From an uncultured Trueperaceae bacterium (GTDB taxonomy: Bacteria; Deinococcota; Deinococci; Deinococcales; Trueperaceae): a stretch of DNA of 64,000 nucleotides. Positions 24,691-35,653 of this stretch are shown one piece after another; position 1 is the first letter of the stretch, and the number at the start of each line of letters is the position of its first letter. The stretch lies in NCBI GenBank assembly GCA_963815215.1, contig CAWFFU010000003.1:416001-480000 (forward strand), written 5' to 3'. The position numbers were made by a program, and so were the translations under genes. Under the pieces are notes generated by a model, which had not been told where the DNA came from, made no database searches, and worked only from the letters and a program-made list of their open reading frames with translations.

Positions 24691-25401
24691 ATGGCTCAAG
24701 ACGAGAACGGCTCGGAGGTTCTGACAGCGTTCCTACGCGAGGTGCCGCTGTTCCGCGGCGCTCCCGACCGGGCGCTGGCGATCGCGGCGACCGCGGTGCG
24801 ACGTCGGGTCTACGAGGCCGGCGTCACCGTCTTCCAGGAGGGCGACAAGGGCGAGGCGCTCTACATCCTGGGTGCTGGCCTGGTGAAGCTGTCGAAGATC
24901 GACCTGGGCGGCCACGAGAAGACGCTGGCGATCCTGCAGCCCCCCGAGTTCTTCGGCGAGATGGCCCTGCTGGGCGAGTCGACCCGCAGTGCGACAGCGC
25001 TCACGCTCGGCGAAGTCACCGCCTACCTGCTGTTCAACGACGACTTCCGGAAACTGCTGGCGGACTACCCGTCGATCAGCCTCAACCTCACCACCACCCT
25101 CGCGAGTCGATTGCGGGGCATGGACGACGAGTCGCAGATCCTGTCCTACAAGGATGCGCAGGGTCGGGTCGCGTACGTGCTCTTGCGGCTCTACCGCGGG
25201 GGGGTGGTGGAGATCGACGACCAGCGTGCGCTGGTTCGTCTCACCCACCAGGAACTCGCAAGTCTCGCCGGAACCAGCCGTGAGACCGTCACCCGCGCGC
25301 TGAAGGCCCTGGAGGCCGAAGGCGTGATCGAGACGCGTCCCAAAGAGGTCTTCATCACCGACGCGGAGGCCCTGGCCGAGATCCTGCACGGGGTGCGTTG
25401 A
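24691..25401 (+). CDS. CRP/FNR family transcriptional regulator
   Basis: cNMP domain FFGEMALL..RSA; HTH LTHQELA..TSRETVTR; GGAGG SD. Confidence 0.93.
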   Translation: MAQDENGSEVLTAFLREVPLFRGAPDRALAIAATAVRRRVYEAGVTVFQEGDKGEALYILGAGLVKLSKIDLGGHEKTLAILQPPEFFGEMALLGESTRSATALTLGEVTAYLLFNDDFRKLLADYPSISLNLTTTLASRLRGMDDESQILSYKDAQGRVAYVLLRLYRGGVVEIDDQRALVRLTHQELASLAGTSRETVTRALKALEAEGVIETRPKEVFITDAEALAEILHGVR

Positions 25402-25413
25402 GCCCGTTCTCTC

Positions 25414-26025
25414 CTACACGCGTGTAGCCCCGTCGAGACGGCGCGCGAGGCGTGCCTCGAGCCGCACCCGCACGTGCGGCCAGTCCTCGTCGGTCACGGC
25501 GAAGACCATGGTGTCGCGGACCTCGCCGTCCTTGGTGATCATATGGCGCCGCAACACCCCCTCGTAGCGGGCGCCGAGAGCGCGGATCGCCCGTTGCGAA
25601 CGGAGGTTGCGGACGTCCGTGTGGATCTGCACGCGGAGCCGCCCCAGCGGGCCGAAGGCGAAGCTCAGCATCAGACGCTTGCAGTCCACGTTCACTCCGC
25701 TGTTGAACACGTCCGGCCGGTACCAGGTGAAGCCGAGCTCGCAGCCCCGGTGGCGCGGGTCGATGTCAGCCAGTCGCGTGGTCCCCAGCAGCCGCCCGCC
25801 GGCCCGCTCCTCGACCGCGACCACCAGCGCCGTGCCCTGTGCCATCTCCTGGAAGGCCCGGCCGAAATAGGCGTCGGCCTGCTCGAGGGACGCCGGGGTG
25901 GAGGTGAGTCGGTACTCGTGCGGGTTCTCCAGGGCGATCGCGACGAGCGGCTCCACGTCGCGCTGCTCCAGGGGCCTGAGCCGCACCAGCGGTCCCTCCA
26001 GGATGGGGAAAGGCTCGATCGTCAC
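25414..26025 (-). CDS. GNAT acetyltransferase, RimJ/RimL-like
   Basis: ELGFTW, RNLRSQRAIRALGARYEGVLR. Confidence 0.88.
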   Translation of the reverse strand: MTIEPFPILEGPLVRLRPLEQRDVEPLVAIALENPHEYRLTSTPASLEQADAYFGRAFQEMAQGTALVVAVEERAGGRLLGTTRLADIDPRHRGCELGFTWYRPDVFNSGVNVDCKRLMLSFAFGPLGRLRVQIHTDVRNLRSQRAIRALGARYEGVLRRHMITKDGEVRDTMVFAVTDEDWPHVRVRLEARLARRLDGATRV

Positions 26026-26070
26026 CGCGCTAGGATAGCGCGTAGCGCGGGGGCACGGAACGCCTGCCGG

Positions 26071-26646
26071 TCAGTGGGAGCGAACGACGTGCTCGGCGGC
26101 CGTAGGAGCCGGACCGGGACGGTCGAGGTCGATCTCGAACGGAACGATCTCGGCGTGATCCACCAGCCTGCGCATCCCTACCAGGCTGCCGATGACGACG
26201 CCGTGGGTGACGACCACCAGGCTGTCGAAGCGGCGGTACCGGTTGAGAACCGTGAGGACCCGGTCGCGCACCTCGTGAAGGCTCTCCCAGGGCGCGGAAG
26301 GATCGTCGGCCCGGGAACCCGAGAGGGTCTGCTTGGCACGCTCGAGCAGGTGCGCGTCGGCCTCGGCCAGAGGGTCCTTCTGCGGAAGCCACTCGTGCAG
26401 GTCGTACTCCACGAACAGAGGCTTGTTGAGCGCCCGACTGAGTAGCGCCCCCGACTCGAGCGCCCGCGTGAACGTGCTGCACAGGATGGCATCGGCCTCC
26501 TGCAACCGGAAGTCTCCCGCGATGGTGTCGATCTGCAGACGACCGAGCGGTGTCAGCGGCGCGAAATCCTTCGCCCATCCTCGAGCACCGCGCATCTCCA
26601 CCAAGTTCCAGTCCGGCTCGCCGTGGCGCACGAAGAAGAGCTTCAC
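26071..26646 (-). CDS. Histidine phosphatase family protein
   Basis: RHGE motif, RALES, VTHG. Confidence 0.9.
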   Translation of the reverse strand: MKLFFVRHGEPDWNLVEMRGARGWAKDFAPLTPLGRLQIDTIAGDFRLQEADAILCSTFTRALESGALLSRALNKPLFVEYDLHEWLPQKDPLAEADAHLLERAKQTLSGSRADDPSAPWESLHEVRDRVLTVLNRYRRFDSLVVVTHGVVIGSLVGMRRLVDHAEIVPFEIDLDRPGPAPTAAEHVVRSH

Positions 26647-26848
26647 CTGCGCGCCTCTCCTGGGAGCGTGATCACGGCCGTCCGGATGGGGTTGCGCGTC
26701 ATCGTCATGAGGACCTCGGGGCCCCGGCCCTCACCTACGGGGGCCGTCCACGAAAGCGTAGCAAGCGCGCCCTGGGGTCACTGTTCGAAGTTTTACTCGC
26801 CTCGGGGAAGGTCTCGACGGCCCCCAGGCCGTCCCCGCCGACGGCCGC

Positions 26849-28349
<1,501 letters not shown>

Positions 28350-28353
<4 letters not shown>

Positions 28354-29294
28354 CGTGTCCTCCCGCGGGGCCAGATCCCCTGGGGCCGCAACACCATCAC
28401 CACGATCATCGCGAAGCCGAAGACGAGGTAGCGGTACTGCGCCAGCCCGCGGAACACCTGCGGCACCACGAACATCAGCACCGTTCCCAGCAGCACGCCG
28501 GGGATGGACGCCTGGCCGCCGACGAGCACGATGGCGAAGAGCGTCACCGATTCGGTGAACACGAACGATCCCGGGCTCACGCTGGCGAGCTGGACGGCGA
28601 ACAGCGTTCCCGCGGCACCGGCCACGCCGGCGCCGATCGCGAACGCCAGGATCTTGTAGTAGCGGGCGTTGACCCCCAGCGTGGTGGCGGCGAGCTCGTC
28701 CTCCTTGAGATAGCGGAACACGCGCCCGATCCGGGAGCGCTCGAGGTTGCGCATGAGCAGCAGCACGGCCGCCAGCGCCAGCCAGTCCAGGTAGAACAGT
28801 GCACCCTGGCTGGAGAGCGCCGTTCCGAAGAGATGGGGCACGCCGATCCCGAAGATGCCGTCGGGGCCGCCGGTGACGTCACCGACGTTGTTCCCGAGGG
28901 CCAGCACGAAGATGATGTTGAAGCCGATGGTGGCGACCAGCAGGTAGTCGCCGCGGAGCTTCACGATTGGGGCCGAAAGTACGACCCCGACCAACGCCGC
29001 CACCACGATGGCGACCGGCCAGGTGGCGAAGATCGGCCAGCCGAGCCGCGTGTTGAGGATGGCGGTGACGTACGCACCCACCCCGAAGTACACCGCGTGT
29101 CCCATGTCGTACATGCCGGCGCGCCCCAGCACGATGTCCTGCGACAACGCGACGACGGCGTAGATCGCGAAGATCGCCAGGATGCTGATCCAGCTGCCGT
29201 TCAGCAGGACCGGCACCAGCAGGCCGAGTAGCCAGAGCAGCGGTCCGAGCGCGCGTCGCGCCCGGCCGAGCGCTGTCGATCGAGGAGCGACCAT
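28350..29294 (-). CDS. livM: Amino-acid ABC transporter permease
   Basis: KLRGDYL, TGGPDG, VLRPQG. Confidence 0.9.
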
Positions 29295-29332
29295 GAGCTA
29301 GGAGTTCCCCGAGCCGGCGCAGACGGGCGCGC

Positions 29333-30235
29333 TCATACCTTCTCCGCCACGCGCTCGCCCAGGATGCCGGTAGGCCGCACCAACAGGATGGCGATGAGCA
29401 GCGCGAAGGTGATGGCCTCCTGCCAGGAGCTGGAGACGTAGCCCGCCGCGAAGGCGTTGAACAGCCCCAGCAGCAGGCCGCCGAGCATGGCGCCCGGGAT
29501 GTTCCCGATGCCCCCGATGATCGCGGCGATGAAGGCGTTGAGGCCGTAGATCCAGCCCATGTTGAAGTAGGCCTCACGGTAGTACAGGCCTATGAACAGG
29601 CCGCCCACCGCGCCCAGTGCCGGGCCGACCACGAACACGCTGGCGATCACCCGGTTGACGTTGATGCCCATGAGCCTGGCGGCGTCCTGATCGATCGCGG
29701 CGGCCCGGATGGCGGTGCCGAAGCGGGTGTGATGCACGTAGAAGTACAGGCCGGCCATGAGGACCAGCGAGCCCACGATGATCACCACCTGCACGAAGCT
29801 GATCGACGCGCTCCCGATCTTCCACTTGAGATCCGGCAGGAGGTTCGCCGGGAACACCTTGACCTCCGGGCCCCAGATCAACATGATGCCGTTCTCGATC
29901 AGCATCGACGCGCCCAGCGCCGACACCACCGCGGACAACCTGGGCGCCTTGCGCAGGGGGCGGTACGCCGTGAACTCCAGCACGGCGCCCGCGATGCCGA
30001 CGGCGACCGCGGCCACGATGAAGGCCGCGGCCAGCAAGAGGGCGCCGGCGTTGCCGCCGCCGAGGCCGCTGGTCAGGACCGTCAACCCGATGAAGGCCGC
30101 CAGGATGCTCAGGTCGCCGTGCGCGAAGTTGATGAGCTTCAGCACCCCGTAGACCATGGTGTAACCGAGGGCGATCAGTGCGTAGAAACCGCCCACGGTC
30201 ACACCGTTGATGAACTGCTGCAGGACGACGTCCAT
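29333..30235 (-). CDS. livH: Amino-acid ABC transporter permease
   Basis: ALGYTMVYGVLKLINFAHG, GGIGNIPG, RPTGILG. Confidence 0.93.
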   Translation of the reverse strand: MDVVLQQFINGVTVGGFYALIALGYTMVYGVLKLINFAHGDLSILAAFIGLTVLTSGLGGGNAGALLLAAAFIVAAVAVGIAGAVLEFTAYRPLRKAPRLSAVVSALGASMLIENGIMLIWGPEVKVFPANLLPDLKWKIGSASISFVQVVIIVGSLVLMAGLYFYVHHTRFGTAIRAAAIDQDAARLMGINVNRVIASVFVVGPALGAVGGLFIGLYYREAYFNMGWIYGLNAFIAAIIGGIGNIPGAMLGGLLLGLFNAFAAGYVSSSWQEAITFALLIAILLVRPTGILGERVAEKV

Positions 30236-30273
30236 GGAGCCCTAGCGCCCGCGCCGCGGACGCAGGCCGGCCA

Positions 30274-31416
30274 TTACTGCGTGGCCGACTCCGGATAGAC
30301 GATCTTGTACGAACCGTCGGCCTGGATCTCGAACGCCGTGAACGGGCTGCCGATGCGCTCCCCGGTCTTGTCCCACGAGAACGTCCCGGTCAGTCCCTGG
30401 AAGTCCTTCAGGTTGTGCAGCCAGTCGATGAGCTTCGCTGGGTCGGTGCTCTGCGTGGCCTTCACTGCGGCGATCACGGCGCGGAAACCATCGGCGTTCG
30501 TGAGGGTGTAGATGCTGGGCGGCTCCTGCCCGTAGGCCGCCTTGTAGTCGGCCAGGAACTGCTTGGCCTCGGGATAGGGCAGGTTGTCGGGCGAGGGCAC
30601 GTTGATGATGATGGCGCCCTGAGCGGCGTTCCCGGCGATCTGGGCGAACGCTACGTTCTGGTTGGCGTCGCCGCCGACGAACGTCGCGCTCATGTCGAGC
30701 TGCTTCATCTGGGCGCGGATGAGCCCACCGTCGGGGTAGTAGCCGGAGAAGTAGAGCACGTCGGGGTTCACCGACTTGATCTTGGTGAGCACCGCCGTGT
30801 AGTCCTGCGATCCGGCAGTGATGAAGCCCGTGTACACCAGGTTGCCGCCATCGCTCTTGACGGCCTGGACGACCGCATCGGAGAGCCCCTTGGCGAAGCT
30901 GGAGTGGTCGGCCAGCACGGCGATGCGCTGGAACTTCTTGCCGTTCACCAGGTAGGCGGCCGTGAACTTCGCCTCGGCGCTGTTGGGCGGGGCGTTGCGG
31001 AAGAAGGTCTTGTAGCCGCCCGCGGTCAGCTGGTCGCTGGTGCCGTCGGAGGTCTGGATGACGTTGGCCCGGGCGTAGATAGGCTCGGCCGCCAGCGCGG
31101 CGCCGCTGGTGTAAGTGCCGATGACGGCCAGAACACCTTCGTTGACGAGCTGACGTGCGCAGATCGCGGCCTGCGACGCCTGGCCGCCGTCGTCGCAGGT
31201 CTTCACTTCGATGGTGCGGCCCAGCAAGCCGCCCTGGTCGTTGATCTGCTTGGCGATCAACTTGACGCCCTTGTCGATGCCCTGCCCCTCGTTGGCGTAC
31301 TGGCCCGTGATGGGCGCCTGCACGCCGATCACGATGGGATCGGCGGCGAACACCGTGCTGGCAGCCAGCGCCAGCGTCAACGCCACCAGGACCGGGACGA
31401 TCACCTTCCTGGACAT
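30274..31416 (-). CDS. livK: Amino-acid ABC transporter substrate-binding protein
   Basis: Signal peptide, APITG, GGLLG, QDYTAVLTKIK. Confidence 0.88.
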   Translation of the reverse strand: MSRKVIVPVLVALTLALAASTVFAADPIVIGVQAPITGQYANEGQGIDKGVKLIAKQINDQGGLLGRTIEVKTCDDGGQASQAAICARQLVNEGVLAVIGTYTSGAALAAEPIYARANVIQTSDGTSDQLTAGGYKTFFRNAPPNSAEAKFTAAYLVNGKKFQRIAVLADHSSFAKGLSDAVVQAVKSDGGNLVYTGFITAGSQDYTAVLTKIKSVNPDVLYFSGYYPDGGLIRAQMKQLDMSATFVGGDANQNVAFAQIAGNAAQGAIIINVPSPDNLPYPEAKQFLADYKAAYGQEPPSIYTLTNADGFRAVIAAVKATQSTDPAKLIDWLHNLKDFQGLTGTFSWDKTGERIGSPFTAFEIQADGSYKIVYPESATQ

Positions 31417-31536
31417 GAATCCTCCCATTCCCCCTCGGCTCTGTGCCGCCGAGAGCGGGCAGCCTCGAGCCACCCCCATGAACGAACCTGTCGCCCCCTA
31501 GGGCGAGCAGCGGAACCAACCTTGAACGACAGCGGT

Positions 31537-31565
31537 AGGCTACGGCGACGGCCCGGTCCTGTCAA
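31537..31565 (-). promoter_or_regulatory. sigma70-type promoter of the liv operon
   Basis: TTGACA-17 nt-TAGCCT. Confidence 0.7.
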
Positions 31566-31687
31566 CGCCTGTCCTTCCCGGGCGAGTACGGAAGGTGCTC
31601 TGGGGCCGGATCGATGCGGGGTCGGGCGGCGGTAGAGTGACGCGTGAACGGACGACCGTGTTCTACCCCCTTACAGCGAGGCCGATC

Positions 31688-32617
31688 GTGACCCTCGACG
31701 GTGTCTACCGCCGCACCATGTTGGCGGTGTCGGACGCTCCACTCGTTCGCGGCTTCATCACCCGGGTCGGGTGGCGGCTGGGCGTGGGCCGCTTCGTCGC
31801 AGGCGAGTCGCTGGAGTCCGCCCTGCCCCACCTGCGAGCGATCGAGAGCTCCGGCAAGGGTATCGTCCTGGACGTTCTCGGCGAGTTCGTGAGCGACGAG
31901 GCGGCCGCCCGGCAGGCGGCCGCCCGGATCCTGGCCGCGCTCGAGGCCGCCGCCGGCTTCGGACTCGAGCCCTACTTCAGCGCCAAGCCCACCCAGCTCG
32001 GGCTCGGCATCGATCCCGATCTCGCCTTCGAATTGGCGACCGGACTCGCCGAGGCAGCGGCGCGCCACGGCGGGCACCTATGCCTGGACATGGAGAGCAG
32101 CGGCTACGTCGACGCCACCCTGACGCTGTTCGAACGCCTCTGGGCCGCGGGACGCCGGGACGTCTCGACCGTTCTGCAGAGCTACCTCTACCGCACTCCC
32201 GACGACCTGGAGCGCCTCCTGGCGCTCTCCCCCGCGCCCGACCTGCGCATCGTGAAAGGCGCGTACAACGAGGCGCGGGAGGTCGCTCACCAGGGCAAGG
32301 CGGACGTCGAGCGCGCCTACCGCGAGCTCACCTACCGCGCCCTGGAGGTCGGCGGCAAGGTGAACGTGGGCACCCACGACGAGAGGATCCTGGGCGAGGT
32401 GGCGGCCTTCGTGCGAGGCGCGGGCCTCGACGGCGCGCGCTACGAGTTCCAGCTCCTGTATGGGGTGAAGCCCAACTTGCAGGACCGGCTCGTCCGCGAC
32501 GGGCACCCGCTCCGGGTGTACGTGCCGTTCGGGGAGGACTGGTACGGTTACTTCAGTCGCCGCCTCGCCGAACGCCCCGCCAACCTCGCGTTCGTGCTAC
32601 GCGGCATCGCGGGCTGA
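31688..32617 (+). CDS. putB: Monofunctional proline dehydrogenase
   Basis: RFVAGE, KPTQLG, DME, VKGAY, THD, YFSRRLAERP. Confidence 0.93.
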   Translation: MTLDGVYRRTMLAVSDAPLVRGFITRVGWRLGVGRFVAGESLESALPHLRAIESSGKGIVLDVLGEFVSDEAAARQAAARILAALEAAAGFGLEPYFSAKPTQLGLGIDPDLAFELATGLAEAAARHGGHLCLDMESSGYVDATLTLFERLWAAGRRDVSTVLQSYLYRTPDDLERLLALSPAPDLRIVKGAYNEAREVAHQGKADVERAYRELTYRALEVGGKVNVGTHDERILGEVAAFVRGAGLDGARYEFQLLYGVKPNLQDRLVRDGHPLRVYVPFGEDWYGYFSRRLAERPANLAFVLRGIAG

Positions 32618-32649
32618 GCCCAGGGCATCCAGAGAAGGAGTACATCGCA

Positions 32650-34197
32650 ATGTTGTTCGAACCTTACGAGACCGAACCCTACCCGGACTTCTCCGACGTC
32701 GCCACCCGTCAGGCGTTCGAGCGCGCGTTGGACGCGGTGCGCTCCGAGCTCGGGCGTGACTACCCGCTCGTGATCGGCGGCGAGCGCGTCGACACCGGCG
32801 AGTACCTCACCTCCGTCGATCCCTGCGATCCGGACCGCGTCGTGGGCCGTAGCGCCAAGGGCAAGGGCCCCGAGATCGAGCGCGCCATGTCGGCCGCTCA
32901 GGAGGCCTTCAAGACCTGGTCGCGGTTGCCCATGGCGCATCGCGCACGCACGTTGGTGAAGCTCGCCGCCGTGCTGCGTCGGCGGCGCGAGGAGCTGGCC
33001 GCCTGGGAGGTCTTCGAGGCCGGCAAGAACTACCTCGAGGCCATCGCCGACGTGGCGGAGGCCATCGACTTCTGCGAGTACTACGCGCGGCAGTCCTTGC
33101 AGCTGGCCGGCCCGGTCCCCACCTACGACCATCCCGGCGAGGAGAACACCAGCCACCTGAGGGCTATCGGGGTCGGCGTGGTCATCCCCCCGTGGAACTT
33201 CCTGCTCGCGATCCTGGTCGGCACTACGGTCGGGCCGGTCGTGGTCGGGAACACGGTCATCGTCAAGCCCTCGCCGTCGACGCCGATCATCGCCCAGAAG
33301 TTCATGGAGTGCGTCGAGGAAGCCGGCTTCCCTGCCGGCGTGATCAATCTTCTCACCGGCGAGGACGCCGACCTCGGTGACGCCCTGGTGGACCACCCGC
33401 GCACCCGATTCATCAACTTCACCGGTTCGGTGGCGACCGGCCTGCGCATCAACGAGCGGGCGGCCAAGGTGCATCCCGGCCAGAACTGGCTCAAGCGCGT
33501 ATTCGCCGAGATGGGCGGCAAGGACGCCCTCATCGTCGACGAGACGGCGGATCTGGACCTCGCCGCGGACGCCGCGGTCGCCGGAGCCTTCGGCTTCCAG
33601 GGTCAGAAGTGTTCGGCGATGAGCCGGCTCATCGTCGTCGAGGCCGTCTACGATCAGGTGTTGGAGAAGTTCCTGGCGCGCGCCCGCGGGCTCCGGGTGG
33701 GCCCGGCCGAAGAGAACGCCGACGTGGCCGCCGTCATCAATCAGAAGCAGTTCGACAAGATCCTCGCCTACATCGAGACCGGCAAGCTGGAGGCCCGCCT
33801 GGTGCTCGGCGGCGGCCGCGCCGAAGGCCCCGGCTACTACATCCAGCCCACCGTGTTCGCCGACGTACCGCAGAGCGCCACCATCGCCTGCGAGGAGATC
33901 TTCGGGCCGGTGGTGTCGGTGATGAAGGCGAGGGACTTCGACCACGCGCTGGAGATCGGGAACGCCACCATGTACGGCCTCACCGGCGGACTGTGCTCGC
34001 GTGAGCGCCTGCGGATCGAGCGTGCGCGCGAGGAGTTCGACGTAGGGAACCTCTACGTCAACCGCAAGATCACGGGCGCGCTGGTCGGCGTGCAGCCCTT
34101 CGGCGGCTTCAAGATGTCGGGCACCAACGCCAAAGCGGGGGGACCGGACTACCTGCGTGGCTTCATGGAGATGAAGACGGTCACGGAGCGCTTCTGA
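32650..34197 (+). CDS. pruA: 1-pyrroline-5-carboxylate dehydrogenase
   Basis: PPWNF, FTGS, EMGGKD, FQGQKCSA, EEIFGP, QPFGG; AAGGAG SD. Confidence 0.95.
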   Translation: MLFEPYETEPYPDFSDVATRQAFERALDAVRSELGRDYPLVIGGERVDTGEYLTSVDPCDPDRVVGRSAKGKGPEIERAMSAAQEAFKTWSRLPMAHRARTLVKLAAVLRRRREELAAWEVFEAGKNYLEAIADVAEAIDFCEYYARQSLQLAGPVPTYDHPGEENTSHLRAIGVGVVIPPWNFLLAILVGTTVGPVVVGNTVIVKPSPSTPIIAQKFMECVEEAGFPAGVINLLTGEDADLGDALVDHPRTRFINFTGSVATGLRINERAAKVHPGQNWLKRVFAEMGGKDALIVDETADLDLAADAAVAGAFGFQGQKCSAMSRLIVVEAVYDQVLEKFLARARGLRVGPAEENADVAAVINQKQFDKILAYIETGKLEARLVLGGGRAEGPGYYIQPTVFADVPQSATIACEEIFGPVVSVMKARDFDHALEIGNATMYGLTGGLCSRERLRIERAREEFDVGNLYVNRKITGALVGVQPFGGFKMSGTNAKAGGPDYLRGFMEMKTVTERF

Positions 34198-34398
34198 GCG
34201 GCACATCGTGGAACGGGACATCTCGCCCGTCAGGACGTTTGTAACCCCCACGGCAGGCGACGCCACGTGTTACAAGAAGGCGAGATTGAGCTGCTCGAGA
34301 CCGGCGACCACGCGTAGGACACCACCTTCCCACCGCATGCCTGATGCGGTCCGAGGGAGGCCGTCCCTCCGGGTCGCCGCGTCCGTGAGAGGGGCCCC

Positions 34399-35052
34399 AT
34401 GCCCGAAGCCCTGCAGTCCCTGATCGACAAGCTTCAGGGCGAGGTGGTGGACGAAGCCGAAGCCAAGGCTCGCGCCATCCTCGCCGAAGCCGAGGCCGAG
34501 GCCGGCCGGCGCGTCGCCGCGGCCAACGCCGAAGCAACGCGCATCCGCGGCGGAGCCGAGCGCGATGCGGCGCTCAGCCGAGAGCGCGGCGAGCGCGGCC
34601 TCCAACAGGCCGGCCGCGACGTTCTCATGGCCGTCAGGCGCGGCGTAGAGGATGTCGTCATGGCGCTCGTGCACGACTCGCTCAGTCAAGCGCTGACGCC
34701 CGAGACGCTGCGCGACATGCTCATCGTCATGGCCGAGGCCTACGCCAAACGCAGCGGCCCCGAGCGCCGCATGACCGTGCTGTTGGGCGAGGCGGACCGC
34801 GAGAAGCTGGCCCACTTCTACGCCGACGAGTACCGGCAGAAGCTCGAGAAGGGCGTGGACATCCGGCTAGGCCGCGACATCGAGAAGGGGTTCCGGGTAT
34901 CGATGAACGGCGACCATGTCGAACACGACTTCACGCTCGAGGCCATCACGTCGGTCATGGCGGAGATGTTGCGCCCTGAGCTCGCGAAGCTCATCGCGGC
35001 CGGTACGGCGGAAGAGGGGACCGACGGGGACGCGGCCGAGGGCCGGCCCTAG
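34399..35052 (+). CDS. ntpE: V/A-type ATPase subunit E
   Basis: Coiled-coil N-terminus, GF..DFT..LRP C-terminus; first gene of ATPase operon. Confidence 0.8.
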   Translation: MPEALQSLIDKLQGEVVDEAEAKARAILAEAEAEAGRRVAAANAEATRIRGGAERDAALSRERGERGLQQAGRDVLMAVRRGVEDVVMALVHDSLSQALTPETLRDMLIVMAEAYAKRSGPERRMTVLLGEADREKLAHFYADEYRQKLEKGVDIRLGRDIEKGFRVSMNGDHVEHDFTLEAITSVMAEMLRPELAKLIAAGTAEEGTDGDAAEGRP

Positions 35053-35066
35053 CGGTCACCGAGCCC

Positions 35067-35630
35067 GTGTACGCCTACCTCCTCTCGACACTCCCCTCGC
35101 CCGTGCTGGGCGACCCGCCGCCGATGACGCTTCCCGCGCTGGTGGCGCAATGCCGGCCCTTCCTCGACGACGAAGCGCTGCACGCCTTGCAGGAGCCCGA
35201 GGCGGCCGCCACGGCGCCCGGCGAGGTGGGCTCGGTGGCGCGACAGTGGCTCGACGGCGAACGCCAGCTCAGGAACGCCGTGGCGCGGAAGCGCGCTACG
35301 GGTTGGGGGGTCGCCGTCGAGCCGTACCTGCGCGACCATACCGGCTTCCGTGTGGACATCGAGGACGGGGTGATCCGCGCCTTCGACGCGCCAAACCCGC
35401 TGGAGCGCGAGCGCGCGCTCGACGAGCTTCGTTGGCGGCTGCTCGATGATCTGGCAGGCGTGGTGCCGTGGGGGTTCGCGGCACTGTTCGCCTACGCCCG
35501 ACGCCTTCATCTGGTCGACGACCGGGCGGGTCGCGACGCCGAGGAGGGACGCCGCGTCCTGCGGGCCACGCTGGAGGAGCTCGAACGCCGCCACGACGCC
35601 GGAACCGCGCCCGAGGTTCACGATGCCTGA
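35067..35630 (+). CDS. DUF2764 family protein (subunit C-like)
   Basis: YxYLLSTLP start, NPLERERALDELRW; positioned between E and A as in Chlamydia/spirochaete operons. Confidence 0.75.
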   Translation: MYAYLLSTLPSPVLGDPPPMTLPALVAQCRPFLDDEALHALQEPEAAATAPGEVGSVARQWLDGERQLRNAVARKRATGWGVAVEPYLRDHTGFRVDIEDGVIRAFDAPNPLERERALDELRWRLLDDLAGVVPWGFAALFAYARRLHLVDDRAGRDAEEGRRVLRATLEELERRHDAGTAPEVHDA

Positions 35631-35653
35631 GGATCGAATGAGCGAGAGCAACC

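Noticed and set aside
29298..30244. Amber read-through or pyrrolysine at the in-frame TAGs before livH and livM
   Set aside because: No pyl genes or suppressor tRNA in the window, and a normal ATG follows each TAG
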